DNA of 63,984 nucleotides, filler included. It is 5 parts of 5 records of this genome, joined end to end, with 100 filler letters (N's around TTAATTAATTAA, not from the genome) between each part and the next. Parts side by side here need not be neighbours in the genome. Positions count along the whole stretch, not along the records: positions 1 to 14,484 come from DRR723986_5164; 4 more parts are not named here. The stretch is one strand, 5' to 3'. This document shows, one piece after another, positions 1 through 9,202 of this stretch (its first letter is position 1; each line of letters opens with the position of its first letter). The notes beneath the pieces are model-generated. The model was not told where the DNA came from. It did not search any database and saw nothing but the letters and a program-made list of their open reading frames with translations. The translations under genes and the position numbers were made by a program.

Positions 1-2
1 CC

Positions 3-800
3 CCCGCCGATATCTTCGTTGCGGTTGACGTGTCCCGCCTGACCCGTGCGGTGGACGCCGGGTTGCTGCAACCGGTCGACAGCGACATTCTGGAAGCGCG
101 CATTCCCGCCAACCTTCAGGATTCAGAAAATCGCTGGTTCGGCATCTCTCAGCGCTCTCGGATCATCTTCTACAACACCGATCTGGTGGATACCCCGCCC
201 GCAACCTATGCCGACCTGGCCGACCCCGCCTATGAGGGTCTTGTCTGCATCCGGTCCTCGACCAACACCTATAACCAGACGCTGCTGGCCTCGATCGTCG
301 CCCATGAAGGCGAAGAGGCCGCCCGGGCATGGGCAGAAGGCGTGGTGCGCAACTTTGCACGGTCACCTCAGGGCGGCGACACCGACCAGATCCGCGGCGT
401 GGCCTCTGGTGAATGCGGCGTGGCGGTGTCCAACACCTACTATTACGTACGATCGCTGCGCGAACAGGTGGATGGCGTGACCGAGCATCTGGGCGTGATC
501 GGCTATGTCTTCCCCGATCAGGACGGCAATGGCGCCCATATGAATGTGTCCGGTGCCGGCGTGGCGGTGAATGCGCCGAACCGCGATGCAGCGGTGGCTT
601 TCCTCGAATACCTCGCCTCGGATGCAGCGCAGGTGTATTTCTCTTCCGGCAATAACGAATACCCTGCGGTCGAAGGCGTTGAGATGGTCGAAGAGCTGGC
701 CGGTCTGGGCGATTTCGTAGCCGACGATGTTGAACTGTCGGACGTTGCGGCAAACCTTGCCACGGCACAGCGCATCTTCAATCAGGTTGGCTGGCCGTAA
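3..800 (+). CDS. futA: Fe(III) ABC transporter substrate-binding protein (FutA/FbpA family), 5'-truncated
   Basis: Frame is open from the window start (PADIFVAVDVSRL). FutA-type motifs CIRSSTNTYNQTL, PQGGDTDQI, NTYYY and GNNEYP. Confidence 0.9.
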   Translation, partial: PADIFVAVDVSRLTRAVDAGLLQPVDSDILEARIPANLQDSENRWFGISQRSRIIFYNTDLVDTPPATYADLADPAYEGLVCIRSSTNTYNQTLLASIVAHEGEEAARAWAEGVVRNFARSPQGGDTDQIRGVASGECGVAVSNTYYYVRSLREQVDGVTEHLGVIGYVFPDQDGNGAHMNVSGAGVAVNAPNRDAAVAFLEYLASDAAQVYFSSGNNEYPAVEGVEMVEELAGLGDFVADDVELSDVAANLATAQRIFNQVGWP

Positions 801-823
801 GGGCTTTCCACCTTGGAAACCTT

Positions 824-852
824 TGGGGCGTCCATATCGGGCGCCCCATTTT
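824..852 (+). terminator. Probable intrinsic terminator after futA
   Basis: TGGGGCGTCC-ATATC-GGGCGCCCCA stem (one G.U pair) followed by TTTT, just after the stop, between convergent genes. Confidence 0.6.
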
Positions 853-865
853 CGTATCTGCGCCT

Positions 866-922
866 GAAGAATTTTGGGTCAAAATTCTTCCACATCCACA
901 AAAATCTTGTTCAAGATTTTTG
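866..922. repeat. Two adjacent AT-rich perfect inverted repeats (REP-like)
   Basis: GAAGAATTTTG-ggt-CAAAATTCTTC (866-890) and CAAAAATCTTG-tt-CAAGATTTTTG (899-922). Confidence 0.7.
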
Positions 923-925
923 GTT

Positions 926-2605
926 TCACTCTGCGATTTGGGGGTCGGGGATGAACTCGGCCTCGGTCCGGTCTTCACGCCCCAGACCCCAGCACAGGAT
1001 CATCACCGGCAGCAGCCCCACAAGCCCGATCACAAGGCTTGGCACTGCGGCCTCTGCCAACCGCTCGTCAGCCGCAAGCCGATGGGCCTGCACCGCCAGC
1101 GTGTCATAGTTGAAAGGCCGCATGATCAGTGTCGCGGGCAGTTCCTTCATCACATCGACAAAGACGATCAACAGGGCGGTCAGCAGGCTCGGCCGCAGGA
1201 TCGGAAGATGAACGCCGCGCAACATGGTGGAGGGTGACCGGCCGAGCGTGCGCGCCACAGCGTCGATATTGGGATTGATGGTCGACAGGCCCGCGTCATA
1301 GGCCGAAAGCGCGGCCGCCATGAATCGCACCATATAGGCCATCACCAGCAGCCAGATCGACCCGGTGATCAGCAGACCGGTTGAGATGTCAAACGTCTCG
1401 CGCATCCACGCATCCAGCGCATTGTCAAATCCCGCAAAGGGCGCGATCAGCCCGACCGCGATCACACCACCCGGAACGGCATAGCCAAGCCCGGCTATGC
1501 CAATAGCGGTTTTGTTGGGTCGGCTCGGATGCAGCCGGGCGTTGAACCCCAGAAAAACCGCCGCTGTCACAGTGAACAACGCCGCGACCGATGCCAGTGT
1601 CAGCGAATTTTGCAGGAAGCCCAGATAGCGGTCGCCAAGGATGATGCCGAAACTGTCATGCCCCATCCAGATCAGCAGCCCGGCGGGCAGAACAAAGCCC
1701 AAAATCACCGGCAGGGTGCAGAAGATCACCGCCAGCGCCGCGCGACCGCCGCGTAAAACCGGAGGGTCAAGAACCTCGAACCGACGCCCGGCCCCGTGAT
1801 GGCGCTGGCCCGCGCGCTGATGCCTTTCCAGCGCAGCCAAAACCAACGCAGCGATCAGCAGGCAGAGCGCCAGTTGCGCGGCGGCCCCCCGGTCCGCGAA
1901 GGAAAACCAGCTTTGATAGATACCGGTCGCGAAGGTCTGCACGTTGAAATAGCTGACAGTGCCGAAATCCGCGATGGTTTCCATGATCGCCAGCAGCACA
2001 CCGCCCGCAATCGCAGGCCGCGCAATTGGCAGGCTGATGCGGAAGAACGCCACCCACGGCCCCCGACCCAGGGTTCGCGCCGCCAGATAGGCGGTTGCGC
2101 TTTGCTGGAGGAACGCAGCGCGCGCCAACAGGTAGACATAGGGATACAGAACCAGCGTCAGCATCATCGCCGCACCGGGCAGTGACCGGATTTCCGGGAA
2201 CCAGTAGTCTCGCGGCCCCCAGCCAGTCACGTCACGCAGGGTGGCCTGAACCCAACCGGGGTGATCCAGAAAATCCGTATAGGCATAGGCCAGCACATAG
2301 GCGGGGAAGGCCAGCGGCAGAGCCAGCGCGATTTCCAGCACGCGGCGGCCAGGAAAGCGCGTCATCGTCACCAGCCAGGCTGTTCCGGTGCCAATCACCG
2401 CCGTTCCCGTGGCCACGATCACCACCATGGTCAGCGTCGTGCGCGCATAGCGGGGCAACACGGTCCGGGCCAGATCGGTCACCGTCTCCAACCCGCCGGT
2501 CAGAGCGGCAAGCGTCACCGCGCCGATCGGCAGCAGACACAGGCCGGCAGCGACCCAGGCCAGAACGGCCATCCAGTGACCGGAGCTATGACGGCGGAGT
2601 TTCAT
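926..2605 (-). CDS. futB: Fe(III) ABC transporter permease (FutB/FbpB)
   Basis: 559 aa with two permease repeats; motifs PLAFPAYVLAYAY, ADFGTV and VDVMKELPATLIMRPFNYDTLA. Confidence 0.92.
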   Translation of the reverse strand: MKLRRHSSGHWMAVLAWVAAGLCLLPIGAVTLAALTGGLETVTDLARTVLPRYARTTLTMVVIVATGTAVIGTGTAWLVTMTRFPGRRVLEIALALPLAFPAYVLAYAYTDFLDHPGWVQATLRDVTGWGPRDYWFPEIRSLPGAAMMLTLVLYPYVYLLARAAFLQQSATAYLAARTLGRGPWVAFFRISLPIARPAIAGGVLLAIMETIADFGTVSYFNVQTFATGIYQSWFSFADRGAAAQLALCLLIAALVLAALERHQRAGQRHHGAGRRFEVLDPPVLRGGRAALAVIFCTLPVILGFVLPAGLLIWMGHDSFGIILGDRYLGFLQNSLTLASVAALFTVTAAVFLGFNARLHPSRPNKTAIGIAGLGYAVPGGVIAVGLIAPFAGFDNALDAWMRETFDISTGLLITGSIWLLVMAYMVRFMAAALSAYDAGLSTINPNIDAVARTLGRSPSTMLRGVHLPILRPSLLTALLIVFVDVMKELPATLIMRPFNYDTLAVQAHRLAADERLAEAAVPSLVIGLVGLLPVMILCWGLGREDRTEAEFIPDPQIAE

Positions 2606-2631
2606 GAGGCTGCATCTAGGGCAATGCGGGT

Positions 2632-3282
2632 CTAAGGCACAAGCGCGCCTTGGCGTCGCGCGCCATGGCGGGCGAAGAATTCGGCGATTTCGGCCTCGTT
2701 CGGGGACTCGCCGGTGAAGACCTTCACATAGGGCGGCATTCGCTCCAGCCGGTCCGCCACCGATTCCCCCAGCCGCATCGTGTAATAGCCCACCTGCGTG
2801 AAGATCATCGTATTGGCCCGTGTCGCGGCCATGGCGGGGCTTTGCCCATGGCGTTCCAGCATCGCGCGCATCGCTGCCAGCCGCGCGCTGTCGGCGGTTT
2901 TCACCCGCGCCATCAGTGCCTCGTCATTTTGCGCCCAGTTGCGGATCGCCAGATCGAAACGGGAATCGAACAGATCCTCGTCGATCCAGCAATCAAAGAG
3001 GTTGAAGACGGCAGCGCAGATCGACCCGGCGGGGGCATTGCAGCGGGCCACAAGGTTGCCGGTGTTCTTCGCCTCCCACCGGTCGATGATTGCGTCCAAC
3101 AGCGCCTCTCGGTCGGTGAAATGCCAATAGAAGCTCGTGCGCGACAAGCCCAAAGCCCGGGCCAATGGCATCACTTTGACCGCCTCGACCCCACCGTCGA
3201 TCAGCAAATGATAGCCTGCGTCGATCCACAGATCGGCCGTGCCGCGCCAGCCATGGGTTTTGTCGGGTTTCTGGATGGTCAT
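2632..3282 (-). CDS. TetR/AcrR-family transcriptional regulator
   Basis: N-terminal HTH (VKVMPLARALGLSRTSFYWHF); divergent from the stcD-like gene. Confidence 0.9.
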   Translation of the reverse strand: MTIQKPDKTHGWRGTADLWIDAGYHLLIDGGVEAVKVMPLARALGLSRTSFYWHFTDREALLDAIIDRWEAKNTGNLVARCNAPAGSICAAVFNLFDCWIDEDLFDSRFDLAIRNWAQNDEALMARVKTADSARLAAMRAMLERHGQSPAMAATRANTMIFTQVGYYTMRLGESVADRLERMPPYVKVFTGESPNEAEIAEFFARHGARRQGALVP

Positions 3283-3336
3283 GATCCGGGTCTAGCATGC
3301 TGGTCCTGAGGCCCGCAATCGAGCTGCGCAATGAAC

Positions 3337-3352
3337 TTGACACATGTGTCTA
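3337..3352 (+). promoter_or_regulatory. Palindromic operator overlapping a TTGACA -35 box (probable TetR site)
   Basis: Perfect 12-bp palindrome GACACATGTGTC (3339-3350) inside TTGACACATGTGTCTA, in the 110-bp tetR/stcD intergenic region. Confidence 0.65.
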
Positions 3353-3392
3353 TTCCTTGAAGCATCATTGGGACCACCTGCGGAGCCAGCCG

Positions 3393-5438
3393 ATGAGCAA
3401 CGATCCCCTTCTGCAACCCTACCAGCTGAAACACCTGACCTTGCGCAACCGGATCATGACCACCGCGCATGAACCGGCTTATCCCGAAGACGGCATGCCC
3501 AAGGATCGTTACCGCGCCTATCACGTGGAACGCGCAAAGGGCGGCGTGGCTCTGGCTCTGACGGCGGGATCGGCCGTTGTGTCGCGCGATTCCCCGCCTG
3601 CCTTCAACAACATCCTCGCCTATCGCGATGACGTCGTGCCGTGGATCAAACGACTGACGGACGGGCTGCACGAGCATGGCTGCGCGGCAATGATCCAGCT
3701 GACCCATCTGGGCAGGCGAACCGGATGGAACAAGGGCGACTGGCTTCCCTCCATCGGCCCCACGGATGACCGCGAACCGGCGCATCGGTTCTTCCCCAAG
3801 ATGATGGAGGATTGGGACATCGCCCGCGTGATCCGCGACTATGGCGACGCGGCAGAACGGATGCAGGCGGGTGGCATGGACGGGATCGAACTGATCGCGC
3901 ATGGCCATTTGCAGGACCAGTTCTGGTCGCCTCTGACCAACCGGCTGGAGGGGCGATACGGGGCCGACAGCATCACATCGCGCCTCCAGATCACGCTCGA
4001 TATTTTGACCGAGGTCCGCGCGCGGGTCGGCAGCGATTTCATCGTCGGCATCCGCCTTGGCGCGGATGAGGCGGAACCGGGGGGCATCACCCCCGAAGAA
4101 GGTGTGGAAATTGCGAAACTGCTGCGCGACACGGGTCAGGTCGATTTCTTCAACGTCAACCGGGGCCGCATTCATACCGATCCGGCGATGACCGACATGA
4201 TTCCCATTCAGGGCATGCGGTCCGCGCCGCATCTGGACCTTGCCGGGTCGATCCGGGCGGAAACCGGAATGCCCACCTTCCACGCCTCGCGCATCCCCGA
4301 TGTGGCCACGGCCCGCCATGCGGTGTCTGCCGGGCTGCTCGACATGGTCGGCATGACCCGCGCGCATATGGCCGATCCACATATTGTTAAGAAGATCATC
4401 GAAGGGCGAGAAGATGACATTCGCCCCTGCGTCGGCGCCACATACTGTCTTGATCGCATCTATGGCGGGGGCGAGGCGCTGTGCATCCACAACCCGGCCA
4501 CGGGCCGCGAACTGACCATGCCGCAGGTGATCACCCCCGCTGACACCCGCAAGAAGGTGGTCATTGCCGGGGCTGGTCCCGCAGGGCTCGAGGCGGCGCG
4601 TGTCGCTGCCGAGAGAGGCCACAGCGTGACGGTGTTCGAAGCCGCAGACCGCCCCGGCGGACAGGTGCTGCTGACTTCGCAGAACCCGCGCAGGCGCGAA
4701 ATGATCGGCATCATTGATTGGCGCATGGCCCAATGCGCCGCCCGCGACGTGGAGTTCCGGTTCAACACCTGGGCCGAGGCGGACGATATTCGCGCGGAAG
4801 CCCCCGATATCGTCGTGGTCGCCACCGGCGGCCTGCCCTCTACCGCGCTTCATGAACAGCGGGGCGAAAGCGATCTGGTCGTCAGCGCGTGGGATCTGAT
4901 CTCGGGCGATGTGCGGCCCGCTGACAACGTGCTGATCTATGACGAGGCCGGCGACCACCCGGCGCTGATGGCGGCAGAGGTCGCGGCGAATGCAGGATCG
5001 ACGGTCGAAATCATGACCCCCGACCGCAGCTTCGCGCCAGAGATCATGGGCATGAACCTGGTTCCTTACATGCGCGCATTGCAGGACAAGAAGACCACCT
5101 TCACCGTCACCCGCCGCCTGCTTGGCGTGCGCCGCGACGGCAATGCGCTGATTGCCACCATCGGCACCGACTACAGCAGCCACACGCGGGAGCAGCGCTA
5201 TGACCAGATCGTTGTGAATTACGGCACACGCCCCTTGTCGGACCTCTATTTCGACCTGCGAGAGGACTCCTCGAACCGAGGCGAACTGGACCAGGGCGCG
5301 TTTCTGAACGGCCAGCCACAAGCGATCCGCAGCAACCCAGACGGCAACTTTCAGCTGTTCCGCATCGGCGATGCGGTGTCGTCGCGCAACACCCACGCGG
5401 CGATCTATGACGCGCTTCGACTGATGAAGGATCTTTGA
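3393..5438 (+). CDS. stcD: NADH:flavin oxidoreductase, StcD/HpbA-like N-methylproline demethylase
   Basis: N-terminus MSNDPLLQPYQLKHLTLRNRIMTTAHEPAYPEDGMPK matches the StcD family. OYE barrel, Cys cluster CVGATYC..C, GAGPAG FAD motif. Start set at ATG 3393 (GGAG upstream). Confidence 0.8.
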   Translation: MSNDPLLQPYQLKHLTLRNRIMTTAHEPAYPEDGMPKDRYRAYHVERAKGGVALALTAGSAVVSRDSPPAFNNILAYRDDVVPWIKRLTDGLHEHGCAAMIQLTHLGRRTGWNKGDWLPSIGPTDDREPAHRFFPKMMEDWDIARVIRDYGDAAERMQAGGMDGIELIAHGHLQDQFWSPLTNRLEGRYGADSITSRLQITLDILTEVRARVGSDFIVGIRLGADEAEPGGITPEEGVEIAKLLRDTGQVDFFNVNRGRIHTDPAMTDMIPIQGMRSAPHLDLAGSIRAETGMPTFHASRIPDVATARHAVSAGLLDMVGMTRAHMADPHIVKKIIEGREDDIRPCVGATYCLDRIYGGGEALCIHNPATGRELTMPQVITPADTRKKVVIAGAGPAGLEAARVAAERGHSVTVFEAADRPGGQVLLTSQNPRRREMIGIIDWRMAQCAARDVEFRFNTWAEADDIRAEAPDIVVVATGGLPSTALHEQRGESDLVVSAWDLISGDVRPADNVLIYDEAGDHPALMAAEVAANAGSTVEIMTPDRSFAPEIMGMNLVPYMRALQDKKTTFTVTRRLLGVRRDGNALIATIGTDYSSHTREQRYDQIVVNYGTRPLSDLYFDLREDSSNRGELDQGAFLNGQPQAIRSNPDGNFQLFRIGDAVSSRNTHAAIYDALRLMKDL

Positions 5439-5439
5439 C

Positions 5440-6156
5440 ATGCGGCTTGGGTTTATCGGAACCGGCACTATTGCCAGCGCGGTGGTTCAGGGCATCGCGG
5501 GCGACGGTCACCAGATCATCGTGTCGGAACGCAGCCACGCAAGATCTGCCGATCTGGCGGCGCGGTTTGGTGTTCAGGTGGCGGGCAATCAGGGCGTGGT
5601 CGATGGCTCTGACGTGCTGTTCCTTGGCCTCTTGCCGGAACAGGCGGCAGAGGTTTTGCCGACCCTCGCCTTTCGCCCCGGTCAGCGGGTCATTTCGTTT
5701 ATGGCGGGCGTCGCTCTCGACACGCTCAAGGCCTTGATCGCGCCAGCCGACCCCGAAGCCGTCATGTTGCCGTTCCCCGGCATCGCCAAGGGCGGCTCTC
5801 CCATTATTGCCATGGGCCAGACCGACCTGATCGAGGCGATCTTTACGCCGCAAAACAGTGTCTATTCCGTGGAAAACGAGACCGAATTGGCCGCTTACCT
5901 ATCCGCGCAGGCGGTGCTGTCGCCCACCGTCAAGCTGGTCGCTGATGCCGCGAGCTGGATCGCCCCCAAGGTTGGCAACCCCGCGCAGGCCGAGGATTTC
6001 CTGCGCGTTCTTGTCGGCTCCAGCCTGATGACGAACGAGATCACCCCGCTGTTGCAGGCGCTGAACACCCCCGGCGGCTACAATGCCCGGCTACGCGAAC
6101 ATATGGATGCCGCCGGGGTGCCAGAGGCGCTGATCAAGGGGCTGAACAGTCTCTAA
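5440..6156 (+). CDS. Pyrroline-5-carboxylate reductase-like (ProC family)
   Basis: Rossmann motif GFIGTGTIA and C-terminal TPGGYN; 1 bp after stcD. Confidence 0.75.
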   Translation: MRLGFIGTGTIASAVVQGIAGDGHQIIVSERSHARSADLAARFGVQVAGNQGVVDGSDVLFLGLLPEQAAEVLPTLAFRPGQRVISFMAGVALDTLKALIAPADPEAVMLPFPGIAKGGSPIIAMGQTDLIEAIFTPQNSVYSVENETELAAYLSAQAVLSPTVKLVADAASWIAPKVGNPAQAEDFLRVLVGSSLMTNEITPLLQALNTPGGYNARLREHMDAAGVPEALIKGLNSL

Positions 6157-9100
6157 CCCGCCAATCTGCGCCGTTCCTCGCGAGAAAAGAACAGGTCGTA
6201 GAACACCGGGGCGGCGACCAGCGTCAGCACTGATGCGAAGGCCAGACCGCCCATGATGGTGATCGACATCGACACGAAGAACGCGTCTGACAGCAGCGGC
6301 GCCATGCCAAGGATGGTCGTTGCCGCTGCCAGAACCACGGGCCTCAGGCGCGATGTGCTGGCCGTGACAATCGCCTCTCGCAGCGCCAGCCCCTCGGCGC
6401 GGACAAGGTCGATCTCTTCAACCAGAACGATGCCGTTCTTGATCAGCATCCCCGACAGGGACAGAAGCCCCAACAGCGCGGTGAAGGAAAACGGCAGGCC
6501 GGTGCCAAGCAGCCCAAGCGTCACCCCGTTCACCGCCATGGGAACCAGCAGCCAGATGATCAGCGGCTGACGCAGCGCGTTGAACAGCAGGACCGAAATC
6601 AGGATCATGATCAGCACCGTGACCGGCAATTGAGACCCAAGGCTGGCATTCGCATCGTTGGAGCTTTCGAATTCACCACCCCATTCCATCGAATAGCCAA
6701 GCGGCAGCGGGATCGCCTCGACCGCCGCACGAATCTCGGCGTGGACTTCGGACGCGGTCCGGTCCGCTGGAATGGACGCACCAACGGTGATCGTCGGCAC
6801 CCGGCCCCGGCGATGGATCAGGGTGTTCTGCACCTCGTACCCCATGCCGTCGACCACCTGCTCCATCGGGATCGGACTGCCATCGACAGGCGAATAGACC
6901 ACCTGATCCAGCACTGTCAGGCCCTCATTGCGTGGCACGCGCACGATGATCGGGATCAGCCGTTCATTTTCCCGGTATGTGCCTGCCGTGATCCCGTCCG
7001 TCGCCAACCGCATCGCGGTCGAGATGTCGTCACGGGTGATGCCTGCCGCCTGCGCCCGGTCGGTGGCGTAAAGCGGGCGCAGCACGATTTCCTGTTCGCG
7101 CCAGTTGTTGCGCGGGGCAAGGATGTTCGGGGAACTGGCCAGCATAACCTGTTCTGCCTGATCAGCCAGATCGCGCAGCACCTCTGGGTCGCTGCCGGAA
7201 AAGCGCACTTCGATCGGGTTGCCGCCGCCGGGCCCGAAGACCAGCCGGGCGGTGCGGAATTCTCCCTCCGGGAAGGCCGCCGCGCCGAAAGCGTCAAGAT
7301 CGGACTGAAGGCCGGGGATCTGATCCAGCGTCGCGGTGCGGATGATCAGGTGCCCATAGGCGGGGTTCGGGGATTCACCGCCATAGGTCAGCATGAACCG
7401 CGTCGCGCCCTGACCCACAAAGGTGGACACGGACACGACCTCGTCCCGCGCGGACAGCCAGTCCTCGAACACGGTCATATGCTCGGCCGTGGTTTCTATC
7501 GGCGTGCCCTGCGGCAACTGGTAGTGGACGAAGAAAATCGGCGTGTTGCTGTCGGGGAAAAATTGCTGCCGCACCTGGCCAAAGCCCCAGTAGGAGGCGA
7601 CGGTCACAACCAGCAGTGCCGCAACCACCAGCCAGCGGAACCGCAGCGCCCCGCGCAGGACCGCACCATAGGCCCTGAACAGCGGGCCGGAATATGCGTC
7701 CGCCCCGCCCGCCTTGCCGCGCTTGAAGAAGTAGTGCCCAAGCAGCGGTGTCACGGTCAGCGCCAGCCCCCATGACAGCAGCAGCGAAATGCCGATGACG
7801 GCGAAGAGCGAGAACAGGAATTCACCGGTCGCATCGGGGCTAAGCCCGATTCCGGCAAAGGCCATGATCCCGATCACCGTGGCGCCAAGCAGCGGGATTT
7901 GCGTCTTGCCCGCCGCCTCATCCGCCGCATCACGGGAAGATTTGCCGCGCAGCATGGATATCTGCATGCCCTCCGCCACCACGATGGCATTATCCACCAG
8001 CATCCCCATTGCGATGATCAACGCGCCGAGCGAGATCCGCTCCATCTCAATCGCAAAGATCCCCATGAAAAAGAGCGTGCCGACCACTGTCAGCAACAGC
8101 GTTGCCCCCACGACCACCGCAGCGCGCCAGCCCATGAAGATCGCAAGAACGCCCACCACGATTGCCACCGACATGGCAAGGTTCACCAGAAACGCGCCCG
8201 AGGCCTCGTCCACCACCACATGCTGCTGATAGATTGGTTGCAGTTCCACCCCATAGGGCAGTTCCGGCAACAGCTCCGCCAGCCGCGCATCCACCCGGTT
8301 GCCCACATCGACGATGTTTTCCGTACCCAGCCCGGCAACGCCCAGCGTAAACGCCTCTTGCCCGTTGAACCGGATGATCTGCGCCGGATGGTCCTGCCTT
8401 CCCCGGCTGACGCTGGCGAAATCGACAAGGTTCAGAACCTCGCCCCCCACGCCCACGGACAGCCCGGCGATTTCAGAAACGCTGTCGGACCCTTCGGGCG
8501 TCTGGATCATCGTGCGCGTGCGCGCATCGCTCAGCGATCCGGCAGGCGCGACAGAGTTGGAATTTGCCAACGCCTGCAAGATCAGCTGGGCCGAGATATT
8601 TTGATGCACGGTCAGCGCCAGATTGGGCTCCACGAAGATCGCCTCGTCGGGCAGGCCCTGCACATCCACATCGGCCACGCCATCGACGGCCAGCAATTCA
8701 CGCCGCAGGAAGCGGGCCAGTTCGTGCTGTTCGGCGTCGGAAAACCCGTCCGCCGTCACGGCAAAGAAGATGCCGAACACGTCTCCGAACCCGTCGTTGA
8801 CCATCGGCGGGCGCACCCCGTCGGGCAGGTTGCCCGCGGCGTCAGCCACCCGTTCGCGCAGGTCCGTCCAGATGCCGGGCAATTCGCTGCCGTCATAGGT
8901 CGAGACGATCTCGACCTCGATCCGCGACAGGCCGGGGCGGTTCACGGATGTGATCCGGTCCACCTCGCCCATCCTCTGAATGGCGGCTTCCAGTGGTTCG
9001 GTCACCTCGGTCATCACCTGTTCGGCGGACGCGCCGGGATATTGGGTGACGACAACGGCGGTCTTGATGGTAAAGGCCGGATCTTCAAGCCGCCCCAGGG

Positions 9101-9191
9101 TGGCAAAGCCCCAGATCCCGCCAAACAGGCTGATCAGGATCACGATCCATGTCAGGATCGGCTTGTCGATGGACGCGCGCGCGATGTTCAT
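6153..9191 (-). CDS. RND efflux transporter permease (AcrB/AcrD/AcrF family)
   Basis: 1012 aa, two periplasmic loops, TM motifs GMLVDNAIVVAE, IKNGIVLVE and SRLRPV. Confidence 0.93.
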   Translation of the reverse strand: MNIARASIDKPILTWIVILISLFGGIWGFATLGRLEDPAFTIKTAVVVTQYPGASAEQVMTEVTEPLEAAIQRMGEVDRITSVNRPGLSRIEVEIVSTYDGSELPGIWTDLRERVADAAGNLPDGVRPPMVNDGFGDVFGIFFAVTADGFSDAEQHELARFLRRELLAVDGVADVDVQGLPDEAIFVEPNLALTVHQNISAQLILQALANSNSVAPAGSLSDARTRTMIQTPEGSDSVSEIAGLSVGVGGEVLNLVDFASVSRGRQDHPAQIIRFNGQEAFTLGVAGLGTENIVDVGNRVDARLAELLPELPYGVELQPIYQQHVVVDEASGAFLVNLAMSVAIVVGVLAIFMGWRAAVVVGATLLLTVVGTLFFMGIFAIEMERISLGALIIAMGMLVDNAIVVAEGMQISMLRGKSSRDAADEAAGKTQIPLLGATVIGIMAFAGIGLSPDATGEFLFSLFAVIGISLLLSWGLALTVTPLLGHYFFKRGKAGGADAYSGPLFRAYGAVLRGALRFRWLVVAALLVVTVASYWGFGQVRQQFFPDSNTPIFFVHYQLPQGTPIETTAEHMTVFEDWLSARDEVVSVSTFVGQGATRFMLTYGGESPNPAYGHLIIRTATLDQIPGLQSDLDAFGAAAFPEGEFRTARLVFGPGGGNPIEVRFSGSDPEVLRDLADQAEQVMLASSPNILAPRNNWREQEIVLRPLYATDRAQAAGITRDDISTAMRLATDGITAGTYRENERLIPIIVRVPRNEGLTVLDQVVYSPVDGSPIPMEQVVDGMGYEVQNTLIHRRGRVPTITVGASIPADRTASEVHAEIRAAVEAIPLPLGYSMEWGGEFESSNDANASLGSQLPVTVLIMILISVLLFNALRQPLIIWLLVPMAVNGVTLGLLGTGLPFSFTALLGLLSLSGMLIKNGIVLVEEIDLVRAEGLALREAIVTASTSRLRPVVLAAATTILGMAPLLSDAFFVSMSITIMGGLAFASVLTLVAAPVFYDLFFSREERRRLAG

Positions 9192-9202
9192 GGCCCGGAC
9201 CC

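Noticed and set aside
3279..5468. 729-aa minus-strand ORF, and similar long antisense ORFs at 26478-28361, 46308-48002 and 62005-63981
   Set aside because: Each mirrors a well-supported gene on the opposite strand.
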